The notes under the pieces are model-generated. The model was not told where the DNA came from. It saw only the letters and a list, made by a program, of their open reading frames with translations, and searched no databases. This document shows positions 37,916 to 50,900 of a DNA stretch of 64,000 nt, piece by piece. How positions within the stretch are numbered: the stretch's first letter is position 1; each line of letters starts with the position of its first letter. The position numbers and the translations under genes were made by a program. This stretch comes from Octopus bimaculoides (taxonomy: Eukaryota), in NCBI RefSeq assembly GCF_001194135.2, contig NC_068983.1, positions 72,284,605 to 72,348,604 of the forward strand, read 5' to 3'.

Positions 37916-40329
37916 TACAAAAGCCCACACTTACATCATAAGTACACATTTCTCTATTCCAGAATTTGACATTTATACTTAAGAAAACATTTGAAAGATT
38001 TGAATGTTGACTGTCAAAATTATTTTTTTATAAATTCAATTTAGACGTTCCCTCCTCCTATCAGCTTCAAATGTACACGAAAAAGATGTTTTTGAAAACC
38101 ATCAACTAAGATTTATTTCTATATTTAGTGAGATCTTGAGGGCACAGACCACACTTTCCATCCTGTAGATTTAGCACAAACACACACATACACATGCAGA
38201 CCATTGTTTTAAAAGAGAAGATGATGTTCATAAATAAAGTCATTAGCAAAAGTTGGAAGCTGAAATTCAATGAGGCAAAAGAAGAAATGAAATGAAACGG
38301 GAGAAAAACATAAAATTCCATTGCACGGGGAATTAAACAGCACAAAATACCTGAAGGGAAAGACAAATAAACATTGCAGAGAATACAATGATGATGATAT
38401 ATTCAAATACTAGAATCATGAAATACATACAATATTGACTAAAAGTGAACTACAATATAAAACATTCACTAAAAGTGAATCTCATATCAGTCTTACTAAG
38501 ATGCTATTCAGCAAATAGGATAATCAAGAAAAATCTAAAGGTAACATGTACAAGATAGAATGTGGCAATTTATATTATACTAACAACAATACCTGGCTTT
38601 GCCTGCATTTATAAAACGTATCACCAGCCTTATAACTTTGAAATGATGTACACCTACTCAAAATTTTAGCTACCTAAATTAAACAAATCTGTGACCTACA
38701 ATTTTTGGAACATATATACATACATTCACTTTTGTACATTAGTATTAAATGACATATATTTCTTTAGCTAAAAATAAGAGAAAGACATGCAAATCATTCA
38801 GTACAATTTTTACTGAATCCTTAAGTCGTTCGACCACTCCTGATCAGACATATTCAGCAATTGGCAAACAACCTTATTGACCTTCACCAATGATTTACCA
38901 ATGTTTACCATCAGTTCTTATCCTTGACAGGCGAAATAAAGTATCTATGAAGGAAATTGAGGACAGTGAAATGCTTACAACAGACTTTAGACTACTACAC
39001 AGTCATTTCCTATATACTCTATAGAAGAAAAGTTATATAACAAGGTATCAATATCTTCTATACAAAAAATAATAGCTTAAAAAATTTTATGTTATTTTTC
39101 TTCGATGATAAATTATTGTAATTGATTTATAGTTTTGAAGTGACCTTCATGCAACCTGGTGAAATTTTAGTCACTTGCCACTTTTCACTAGTTTAGTGGG
39201 GACAATGAGAAGAGAATCTTTCAGTTATGCATTGACTATATAAACAAGAACTCTAAGCTATCCAACTTTTCTTCTCATCAGAAGGCAACCAGAGTGGCTG
39301 TCCACTCACTCCTTTCTTGGTAGAATGTGGTTGTCTGTTCACTGTCTTCTCAGCAAAACACAGCTAGAGCAGCAGTCCATTCATTCACTTCTATGAGCAA
39401 TCTCTCTCTCTCCCTCTCTCTCTTTCTTTCTTCACAGAGAACTCAACCAGAATAGAGCTAGTCATTGTTCACTTTCATTTTAGCTGATCACAAGAAAACA
39501 TGTTTCAGTTGAACATGACATCAATTTGCCACATCTGGACTATGACAGATTTCATACCACATATGTTGATTTCTTTTATTCTATCTCAGCAACATAAAAG
39601 TTCACACTACCATATGCGACTGAAAAGAACTTATTTCAAAAACAAGTGTCACACTACTCTATAACATGTTTAACTCAATGTAGCTTTTATGAATATTGCA
39701 ATTAAAAGCTGTTCATTTTTCTCTGTGTGAATTACAAGCTTTTGAATGTGAAATCATGCTATTTAAACACATTGACTTACACCAAATATACCTTCAGAAG
39801 TGTACAATTCTTATACATAGAATGTAAAAGAGAATTATTTTATATAATTTATAGCCAAAACCCATCTTACCTGATGGGTTTGGCTATCAATTAAACAGCT
39901 TTTATCCAATAACAGTTCCAAAATCTTCCAAATTTATGTTCTAACTTTCTACTTTCACTGCACTGACTCAAAGACAGTATTTCAATCAATATAAGCCTAA
40001 AATTGCTTCCTTTTTGGTCTAATGCCCCAGCTCTTTAGTTAGGTCCATTTAATTGTCACAAAATAAAACATAAGTTACTACATATTTCACCCCGCTTATC
40101 AACTCACTTCTGCCAGAAATAGAGCAGACCAGCTAAAAAGTAAGAACTAAGATGCAGCTATCAGTAACCAACTCAGGTCAGACCTAGCAGAGTTCACACC
40201 AAGAGCACATGTGAACTCAATATTTATAAACCCATTACCTTTCCAACTACAATTTACAATACAATTAAATTTTTCACAGCTATTTTTCACCAGAAAACAT
40301 GTGACATCCAGGTATGTAAATTGTTATGC

Positions 40330-40688
40330 TTATTCTTTTATTTGTTTCAGTCATTTTGACTGCAGCCATGCTGGAGCACCGTCTTTTAGTCGAAGAAATC
40401 GATCTCAGGACTTATTCTTTGTAAGCCTAGTACTTATTCTATTAGGTCTCTTTTGCTGAACTGCTAAGTTACGGGGGACGTAAACACACCAACATCAGTT
40501 GGGGGACAAACACAGACACACAATCATATACGTATATATATATATATGACAGGCTTCTTTCAGCTTCTGTCTGCCAAATCCACTCACAAGACTTTGGTCA
40601 GCCCAAGGTTATAGCAGAAGACACTTGCCCGGACTGAACATGGAACTATATGGCTGGTAATCAAGCTACTTACCACACAGCCACTCCT
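40330..40688 (-). mobile_element. tRNA-derived SINE (same family as 28140-28503)
   Basis: tttgtttcagtcattttgactgcagccatgctggagcacc…agctacttaccacacagccactcct. Confidence 0.88.
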
Positions 40689-43010
40689 AATTACTAAAAC
40701 ATTAATTGTATTGCTCATCCACTTTCTACAGACTCAGATGTCCAAATGCACTCATCTCATGCAGACACTAATGCTTTTGTACACACATGCACACACATTA
40801 TGCAGACCACACTTGCATCATTTGGCTTTTGATGCTTTTTTTTTTGTTTACTTTTAACCTTTATCAATTGCTACTTTCTAAAATTATTTAAAAGGGTGTA
40901 TAAGCTCTCTTGCAACCAGGTTGAGTTTTGGCCGTTCTCTATTTTTTACCACTTTATTGGCCCAATAAGAAAGCAGTAGCTCTTGACCAGTATTGACTAC
41001 ATAACAAAAACCTAAAGCTGTCCAGTCTCTCTTCTTGAAAATGTACAACCAGAGCAGCTATGTGCTCACAACTATTCTTAGAACAATGCATACAAAACAG
41101 CAATCCACTCACTCTCTTCCAGACAAAATACAAGCTATTCATTACAAAGATGATGATGATGATGATGATCAGAATCTCTCACTGTCTAGTTTCATTCACC
41201 TATTCTTAATACAGAAACTTAAGATCAAGGCAAATTTCAGTTGAACAAATCATTGATTTGCCATATCTCACTTCTGACAGTTTACAAAACACATATTAAT
41301 TTATTTTATTTTATCTCAGTAACATCTCCTGTCCGTTTACACTAACTCATGAGAACTTTATTTCAAAAATATACATAACACTACTTCTGCAACTGAGAAT
41401 TGCTTCTTTTCTCTTTATGAATTATTGTATCATTCAGACTTGTAATTACAAATTTTGTGAGTGAAACAATGCTGTTTAAAGACATGAACTTATCATAGCA
41501 CTTAGGCTAGTAGAGGTCAACACTTCTGGTGTTGACCATAACATATCAAATAAATCAAACTTGTTATATTTAATTTATTACCATTGTTTCTTGCATCTGA
41601 ATTTTCTAGTCTCATCATCATATTATGTCCATGTTTTCATGCTTGCATGGGTTGGACAAGTCTTCTCTAGCATATAAGCAAAGGTATTCTAGCTATGATG
41701 CTCACTGCTTAATTTTAAAAAGTGCATCTGGGCTATATTGTCTAATACACTTTGCTCTTTAATAGACAGTAGAGTGCAATTTGAGGGAGATATAGTTGTT
41801 AGTTTAAACAGTTTGAGTTAAAAATCTCATATATGGGTACCCTCCTTAATGCTAATAAATCAAATACTGAGTGAATATTCAGTTTCATAAATACAACAAA
41901 ATGCCATGTCTGTGATAGGCTTTAAACAGACTCATGATATATACTCCTAATTGTTTAGCTATAATGATTCTTTGGTTATATGTCAGAAGGGAGGAGATGC
42001 CTTCTGAGACCAGTGCGATCAACATGGTTTATATTCCTCTTGAATAGTATCAGTTCAATGGTGTAGGAAAAACATTTACCAGGGATGTAGGAGCTGAACA
42101 TCGCTGTAGGTCTTACTAGCCTTTTGTACTAGCAGCTGTAGTATTTTCTAACACTGAATAAGAAAGAAACCAACCTTTGTGATGCAATATTTGCTATGCT
42201 GAAGATGTTAATTCATTAAGGAAGTATTTTTATTGATAGTAAATCCTTACACTGTAGTGACCTTGTGAGTTGTAATTGTGTATAGTTCATGCCTAAGGGT
42301 AGAGTGATAAAGTTATTTTGTACATATTTTCTTACTCTGTCTAAAGAAGAGAACCATTTAATCACAACTGGAGTGCATGTAATGAAAACTGACCTGGAAA
42401 AGTTGGAGGTGTTAGTAAGAACACACAGAAATAGAAAAGGGTTTTATATGGTCAGGTAATTCTTGGAAGAATGGAGAGAGAAAGAGGGAGAAGGAGGGAG
42501 AAAGAAAGAGATGATATGAGTGAAAAAACGAAAATATATGTGTGTAACAAGATGGTTCAAAGAGAATTTGTATGGTCATAAGTTCAAAGGAACACAAAAT
42601 TGTTTTGTTAGACAGACAGAAATATAACTCCTTAGAACAGAATATGTAGTAGTATTTATAGATCAAAGTGCTTTACTATTATTCAATTTGATCTTATTTA
42701 TTGGCATCATATCAATTAGAAAATTCTGTTAGTTTGAAAGATAGTAGTATTAATGGTGAAATATTTCCAATTATCATGGAATAACATGCTCTTTATCAAT
42801 GGTAAGGATACATGTAATGTATAAAATTATTCAAATAGAAATACCTTCAGAAGGTTGATGTTTCAATAGTTGGATATGGAAAGATGTTATAAACTCTATC
42901 ATTAGTAAGATTAAACTTGTTCATCCAGTCCTTTGGACTAAATGTCTACAGCTTTCAGAATAAAGGCTAACAATAAACACACATACACACATGCATGCTT
43001 TCTCTCTCTA

Positions 43011-43041
<31 letters not shown>

Positions 43042-43719
43042 ATGTCCTATTACATGAAATGTAAATGAGCAGCAAGTGAGGAGGCTTCTATACAATCATT
43101 CTGCCAGATCACTATGTCAGACAATTTTCTCTTTACAAATTCCCCAGTGTCCATAAAATTAGAAACCATATAATAAAATATAACTCTTATATCATCATAT
43201 TCAGCTATAAAAATAGGAATGTCACAAATAGTATGCTAATCAAATTGATGGTCACAGGAGAAGGTTCTAGATCTAAGAAACTAGTTCTTTAAAGTGATAT
43301 CCATAAGAAACACATTTCACATATTGCAATGGTATGAGAAAGATTCTTGAAATTTAAATATTTGCATATTGTTGACAAATTTGTTTTCATGTTAGATGTT
43401 TTTCATGTCACTGAACATTCAATTATAAAGAACCAGTGACTCCTGCTTTTTTAGATATGTAGATTAATATATGCTTCAAATAAGAAGTCAATGAAAAAAC
43501 CTCTTCATGATTGCTAGACCTGTTAGAAAATGTAGGCAAATATCTCTTAAAAACACACTCTATTGTTTTGAAAAGGGGAAGGGCATATTGCTTAATGTAC
43601 ATTCTGATACCTTTAAAAAGACAAGATTGTCATGGCTAGAACTGATCAAAAGTCTGCTCAGGCAAGGATATATGAGACTAAACAGCAACAAGATATGTAT
43701 CCTATAACAGGGCAACAAA

Positions 43720-44637
43720 TGAGGTGGTATCAAAAGATTCCTAGACTAGTTATGTTTAATAAAAAAATAACTTATTTACCTAAATTTTAACATCATCCTC
43801 CTTCGAAATAGTGACCTTGTGCAGCAATATACTGGTCCCAGTGTTCTTGGCACTTTTGTAATCTAGCTCAGAAGTAATTTTCTGTGAGTGGAGTACCTTC
43901 TGCAATTCACTCTTGATCTCGACAATGGTGTTAAAATGGTGACCTTTAAGTTGAATTTTCATTATGCGGAAGAGATGAAAGTCTGCAGGTGCTAAATTTG
44001 GAGAATAGGGTTGATGCAAAAACGATACCATGTTGTTTTTGGTGAGAAACTCACGAGTGCAGAGAGCTCGGTGACAGGGTGTACTTTTGTCATGAAGAAT
44101 CTAATTCTTTGCGCTCCATAGATCTGGTCACTTTCACCGAATGTCCTCCCTCAAATGCTTCAAAACATTGCAGTAGAACTCTGAATTGACAGTCTGGCCC
44201 TGGGTGAAGAATTCTCAATGCAGAATACCACATTTCTGAGGGTGACACACATGGCATATCTTCCAGATCACTCATTGTCATCTAGGGACATTCTTCTGCT
44301 TTTGAAGCACCCATGCCACTTGAAACATTGTGTACAATCCATTGCCTCATTGCCATAAGCTTGCTGAAGCATGCTCAATGTGTCTGTAGCAAACTTCCCA
44401 ATTTTAATGGAAGATTTCACATTAGCCCTTTGTTCCTGACCATGACAAAATTGCAGACTACAGCATACATGTGATCACAAAAACACAAATTTCACAACTT
44501 GCAAAGTAAACACTGTGATGTCACATGGCACACTGCCTTACAAAGGTCGCTGCTAGCTCTCACTACACACACAACTATGTACTACTGTCCGTTGGCACAC
44601 TACAGAACTAGTCAGGGAACTTTTTGATACCACCTCA
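43720..44637 (-). mobile_element. Internally deleted mariner element, 918 bp
   Basis: About 30-bp TIRs tgaggtggtatcaaaa…gactag and ctagtc…tttttgataccacctca|TA (left TA reads AA); transposase remnants EQRANVK…LQQAYG, LHDKSTPCHRA, HQPYSPNLAPADFHLF (YSPDLAPxD signature). Confidence 0.92.
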
Positions 44638-45837
44638 TAATTTTTCCAGGAACCTTCAGCCCCACATTTTAATGTATTACTACTTAGACAACTATAATTT
44701 TCTTGAAAATTTCATGCAAACGTGTATCGTTTTCTTGAAAATTTCATGCAAACGTGTATCATTTTCTCATATTGACATGAATTAATATTTTCCATTAATA
44801 TATTCAGAGTTAAGCTATTAAAATAAATGCAAAATTAATTTTAAAGTGGGGATTATTGCAATTTTTTATGATTTTAAAATGAAAATATAAGTTACACAAA
44901 AGAAAAATTACAAGTATTTGGTGATGTCATGAATGATGTATGTGAAAAAAAAATTCTTAATGAAGTGAAGACTATAGTGATCTAAGTATTTGAAATTGAA
45001 ATATCTACAATAAAATATATAACATACTCAGATAATAATGATGGCAAATTATTGCAACAAGCTTTATGGAGAAATGATGATAACTCTCACAATACATGGA
45101 CAAAATTTACAAAACATTATTAGGTTTTTATGACATGAACTACAGATGGCTGAATTATTAGAGAGTAACTGATAGTTAAAAAGCCAATGAATTATTGTCT
45201 TCAGTATGCACTGTAATAGGACAAAATACATTTAATTCTCTCTGTCCTGCTCCTCTTAACTACATAGAGGATACAATACTGAGGCACAGCTCAAATCTGT
45301 AGGTAATAGAAGCATGGCAAAATTAATGGAATTTAGTTAATTAGCAGAGATCAACCAAAATTCTCAGGGTTGCTTTCTTAATCAAAACAGAAGGGGCAGT
45401 GCCCATGACCATTACCATCAATCCTAGGCTAGCGAGATCAATATGGTTGCTGCCTAGTTTGAATATCTGTAAGCCTATATGCAAATAGTGTCTATATTAT
45501 CATTCAACCTGATAGAAAGAGTAGCCAAATCTCCATCACTTTATTATTCTTAAAAGGAAGCATACACTGGATAATACATGGCAGGAAAATAAAACACAAG
45601 AAAGTATGATCATAACTGGAATGCTTCTAATCACAAATCTGATCAATCAACGCTGACCAAATAGCTAAACAATGACAATATTACAAATGTAGAGGGGATT
45701 ACAGCTGGTTTTTCAGTTTTGGAAATATTTGGGAAAACTTATTTAGTAAGCTCTGAGGCAAGAAACACAGCAAAGAAGATTAGAGAAAGCGAGATGACTA
45801 TGTCATTGGATGGCTAATTCAGTGGAATGGAAGCCAT

Positions 45838-46148
45838 TGTAGAAGATATAGAGAGGAAAACAATTACTCTGTGGCTCAATGGTTATATCCTTACACCTCC
45901 AATATCGTAGTATGGTTTATGTTGTCAACGATCAATAAAGAATACACTGTAACAGTGTTATAACAATAGCAGTAACAAACACATAATGAACCAGCAATCA
46001 GTATTTCCAATGCACTAACTCAAACTGAAAACTGTACCTAGACTTCAAAGACCAAACTACAAACTGTCAACTACATCAGACTGCTACTATTTATATGTAG
46101 CGGTCCCATCTATTCCCATCAGGTGGGTGTCATACTCTCACCACAACA
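45838..46148 (-). mobile_element. Gypsy-type 3' LTR, 311 bp
   Basis: TG…CA ends (tgtag / caaca); polypurine tract AAAAGGGGAGA on the minus strand at 46149-46159 directly abuts it; minus-strand TATAAATAG inside. Confidence 0.78.
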
Positions 46149-46191
46149 TCTCCCCTTTTGAGATTTCAAGTTCCAAAGGAAAAAAAGAAAT

Positions 46192-46234
<43 letters not shown>

Positions 46235-46244
46235 TAGTATCTTT

Positions 46245-47123
46245 GGATCTTTCTGATTTGGTGGACATCATTTGTTTTCTAATGAAACACTTTCAAACTC
46301 AGGACACTGGTAGAATGTGTCATAGAAAACATCTTTTACTCTTAGTGTTGTTGAGAAAAGTTTATATTTTTAAAGTTATTTCGTGTTAAAGTTGTCGTAT
46401 TTCAGTAATTTCAACCAATCACTGACGTCTATTAAGGTGAAAACAATTACTGCTGTGGTTTATCAACAACATGTTGTGACGGTGTAATGGGATCTTTTCC
46501 CTTGAATAAAATTAGTGCTGTTGTTTGTCAACAACAACTATTGTTCGTGCGTTTGTACTGGTTTTAGCTTTAGGGTTTTAGGGTTCAGGTTCGGGTTTTA
46601 GAGTTAGGGTTAGGGTTTTAGGGTTAGGATTAGGGTTAGAGTTATGAGTATTTTTGCCAAATTTGGTGTAAAGTTTGTGGGGGTGTATTGAACAGATTTT
46701 CACCAAATTTAGCAAAAATACTCATAACTCTAACCCTAACCTTAAAACCCGAACGCTAACCCTAAAACCCTAAAGCTAAAACCAGTACAAACACACGAAC
46801 GATGTCATAAATAACAGTACTGCCGATAGTTGTTGTTGACAAACAACGGCACTAATTTTATTCAAGGGAAAAGATCCCATTACACCCCCACAACGTGTTG
46901 TTGACAAACCACAGCAGTAATTGTTTTCACCTCAATAGACGTCAGTGATTGGTTGAAATTACTGAAATACGACAATTTTTAACATGAAATAACTTATAAT
47001 ATAAAAATGTTTCTGTTCTATAAGACAAAATATACAAGTATATGAAGTTTTAATGTGTTTTGGTAGAAAACATACTAAATAAAAACTAAATAAAAAATGG
47101 TGTCCACCAAATCAGAAAGATCC
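46245..47123. mobile_element. Foldback-like non-autonomous DNA transposon, 879 bp, with 8-bp TSD
   Basis: TSD GTATCTTT at 46237-46244 and 47124-47131; 29-bp TIR GGATCTTTCTGATTTGGTGGACA(T/C)CATTT with one mismatch; inner arms about 46362-46672 and 46697-47005 are long inverted repeats containing TTAGGG/CCCTAA tracts. Confidence 0.92.
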
Positions 47124-47654
47124 GTATCTTTTTCGCTTGGGCCTCATCTCAAGGTGTTCAGTCTGGAATTTGAAATTAAGAATTTGAATCTTTACTCAAT
47201 ATTGGCCTGGAATTTGAAATTAGGAATTTCAATCAGGAATTTCAATAATTGGAAATATTTCACCATTAATACTACTATCTTTCAAACTAACAGAATTTTC
47301 TAATTGATATGATGCCAATAAATAAGATCAATCAGTTCTCTTTTAAAATGATATTGCTCTGAAATACTATAAAGTAATCACTTAACAAGTTCCTTTATAT
47401 GAACCCTTACCGAGAGAGATCTAGCAAGTTAATATTCTGATTTTCTTGTCTGCAAATGAGTTTTCATGGCTCTTTATGCAATTCTAATATTTGTTTTGTA
47501 ATATCATGTTACTCTGCTAAAGTACAGAAAATCCCAATAAAGATTTCTGCATGAAGCCATGAAACTTCTGTCATAATATATGTCTAAAAGTACTATACTT
47601 TGATTGTTACATGCATCCATACAAAATTATATCCTATCTTCAGTTCAGTTTCCA

Positions 47655-47990
47655 TGTCTATTCTGACCTATAGTCATGAATGTTGGAGAATGACCAAAAG
47701 ACTACAATCATGAATACAAGCAGCCAAAATGGGAATTCTCCTTCAGAGAATTCCCATTTCGGTTGCTTTGTATGCAACTCTCCAGGTTGAGCCATTACTT
47801 TTCTTCATTGAGAGCTCACAGCTCTGGTACTATGAACATGTGATTAAAATGTTGCATAAAAAAATTGCACAACAGATTTTTCAAGCCAAGTCATTCAGTA
47901 GGAAACTTAGAGACAGACCAAGAACAAGAGGGTTGATATCCATAATCTTCAATGGCCACATTTGGGAATCCGGTTAGAAAGTGTAATGAT
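47655..47990 (+). mobile_element. RTE RT C-terminal fragment
   Basis: TYSHECWRMT…IQAAKMG…LQVEPLLFFIESSQLWYYEHVIKM…RDRPRTR. Confidence 0.75.
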
Positions 47991-50900
47991 GGTTGCATTA
48001 GATAGAACCCTGTGGAGGAAGTGCCTGAGGACTCTACCCCCACATCCCTTCCAGGAATAGTGGGTAGTGATGTTGAATAGATAGATTATATTTAAATCCA
48101 AACAGACATTTTCCTGCATATTTCTTATTAGACACATTATACATAAGTATATAATCAAATATGAATGGTGTAATAAAGTAAACTTTCATTAACGCTTTGG
48201 TTACTTATTAGTTGAAACATTTTCGCACTGAATTACACATAAACATGTCACGAGGAGAATCTTTTGGAATATCCCCAAAGCCATACATCACTTCTGAATG
48301 AACTACATAATAAGAAAATTTGATCTGAAGCAATAAATGTATTAGATACATACTGTCAAGACAAAAATTGCAAGGCTGCAAATATCTGGCAGTAAGTCAG
48401 AAATGAAAATTAACTAGTAACTAACATTAGCTGAGTGTAGTCAGATGTGAAGATATTAACAGATGCTAAATAGCTACTGTAACTTTCAAGCAATTTGCTA
48501 CAAAGTCTTCTGAAAGAATATTTTACTGCAATTTCTTTTGTGAATATCAATGTACTACAGTCAAAATACATTGAGAAATTATGAAAATAGTAAAAAAAAT
48601 TAGTGAAAAACAAAGACATATTACACCAAAGGAAAGGAACAAAATAGAAAAGCTGGGACAATACAGATGAGACATTACCATTGCCTACTTGTGATTGATT
48701 ACAAAAGTTATGACTTTTATTCAACTGTTAACATAAACGAAAATGTTTGTGGATCAATAAATTGCAGAATATCTAGCCTCAGAACAAGATTCTGCAATGC
48801 CATAAAAATTATGGCAAAGATAAAGATAATAACTATAATGATGATGCCAATAGTAATGATGATGATGACAACACTGATGCCACTGCTGCTGATGTTCAAT
48901 TGGCTGAACTTCTAATTGCATCGTATTTTTGTAATTAAGGCTTTATAACCTAAAAATATTTTATATGCAAAAAATATTTCGGTAAGAATCTCCGTGTAAA
49001 TATAATGTATCATATTTTTGAACAAGCAAAACTTATCTTTGTTAGCTCAGTACCTAACAAGTCACCAAAGAGCTATCCAAATGCAGTAGCCAAATTAATA
49101 CCTAACAACCTGTTATAGCTTGACTGAACTAATATATTAAGTATCAGTTTATGATTTATTTTAGATATAGATACATCAAAGAAATAAATAATGATCTGCA
49201 TAATAAAGAAAATATTCAAAATTTGGTTGCACAAATTATCAACAAGAAACACTTTTAGAAACAAGCCTCTATGAGGCTGTCTGACTTGCTAAAAACAGCA
49301 GCCAAATCTCTCTCAAATTACAACTTAGTACCTTAAATAAGGACAGGACACACTAAATAATCTAATTTTAGATAACATCATCATCATCATCAACTAAAAA
49401 TACTGGTTTCTCATAGTTGGGATGCCATTAATCACAGGACTGGTTGATCAGTATTAACTACAACAATAATAACCATTAGCAACAAATCAGAAAAGGTATA
49501 AACAATCTAATAATACTCTTTTCTGTTGTTGGAGCTGTCAATCTTAATTCAGCCTTCATCAAGCAGACCTATGATCAAAGATATTCCAGTCATGACTATT
49601 CTATATTCAAGGCACAGAGTATGCAGGACTAAACTAGCCAATAAGATAGTAACATGTCAACTGAAGGAGATTTGGCAGCTTTTTAGCAGCTCCATCTTCA
49701 TCAACTGCAGGGATCTGAGAGGTTTCCCTTGAAATGCTTTAAGGCTTAAGAAAGAAAGAAACAACAACTCCTAGGTTACCACATTAGAAAGTAACGCATC
49801 AAAACATTAAATTATCTTTAGATTTGGTTTGAATTTTTGCAACAGAGTACAGTCCACCAGAGGAAAACAAGAGCCAGCTGTTGGTGCTAAACTAGACAAT
49901 ATATTAAGTCTAGCACCCAAAAACAACTGCAAATAATCCAACAGGATTTTGTATAGCCTGGCTATGGTGGAAGACACCTGATCAAGGTGTCACTGAAATC
50001 AAAACAGGGACTGCATGGATGTAAAGTGATCATCTTAACTATATAGCCATAACAGCAGCTACATAAATAATGTTAACTAAAACTGACAAGTGAATGAATA
50101 ATGGACAAGCCTCCAAAGTAGAGAAGCATACTTGATAATGTTTCATTTTTGGTGCTTTTGAAGATTCCTTTATTCTTTTACTTGTTTCACTCATTGGACT
50201 GTAGCCATTTTAAGACTTCACACTCCAAGATTTCGCAGATAATATTAACCCCAATGCTTATTTCAATTAAGTACTTATTTTATGAATCTTCATTTAATGA
50301 ACTGTTAAGTTACAGGTCATTAAAAGACGCAACAAAATTGACGGTAGTATTTAGACCATTATAAACATAAAGACACATATATTTAAAAAGGCCTCTACAC
50401 AATTTCCTGCTACCAAATTCCAGTCACAATGTATTGGTTAAATCAAGACCATAACAGGAGACACTTGTCTCAAGTTCCAAGCAGTGAATTTGAGTCCAGA
50501 ACCATGTATTCATTTATAATGAATAAATTTTGATGATAAAAACAAGTATTCTTCTTCTTTTTGTCTTTCTCATATTCACACACACATACATAATATATTG
50601 AATACATTTGATATGTTAGTATTATAAATATAAAATTTAGCACACATAGCTGAAGAAAACTGGAATTTGATTGATTGAAAAGTATTAAACTAAGTATAGA
50701 CGTAAATTGTCAAGCAAACATAGAAACACTAATACATCTTAGATAGTAACAAACAAATGGTTTATATTTTTAGCTTTAAACCAAATTTTGATGATTTCAC
50801 TTTTATGAAACAATGACCAAGAATTGAGAATAACTTGAAAAACAGGAAGATGGCAGAAAACAAGAAGACGGTAAAATAGAGCAGATACTTTTAAAAATGC

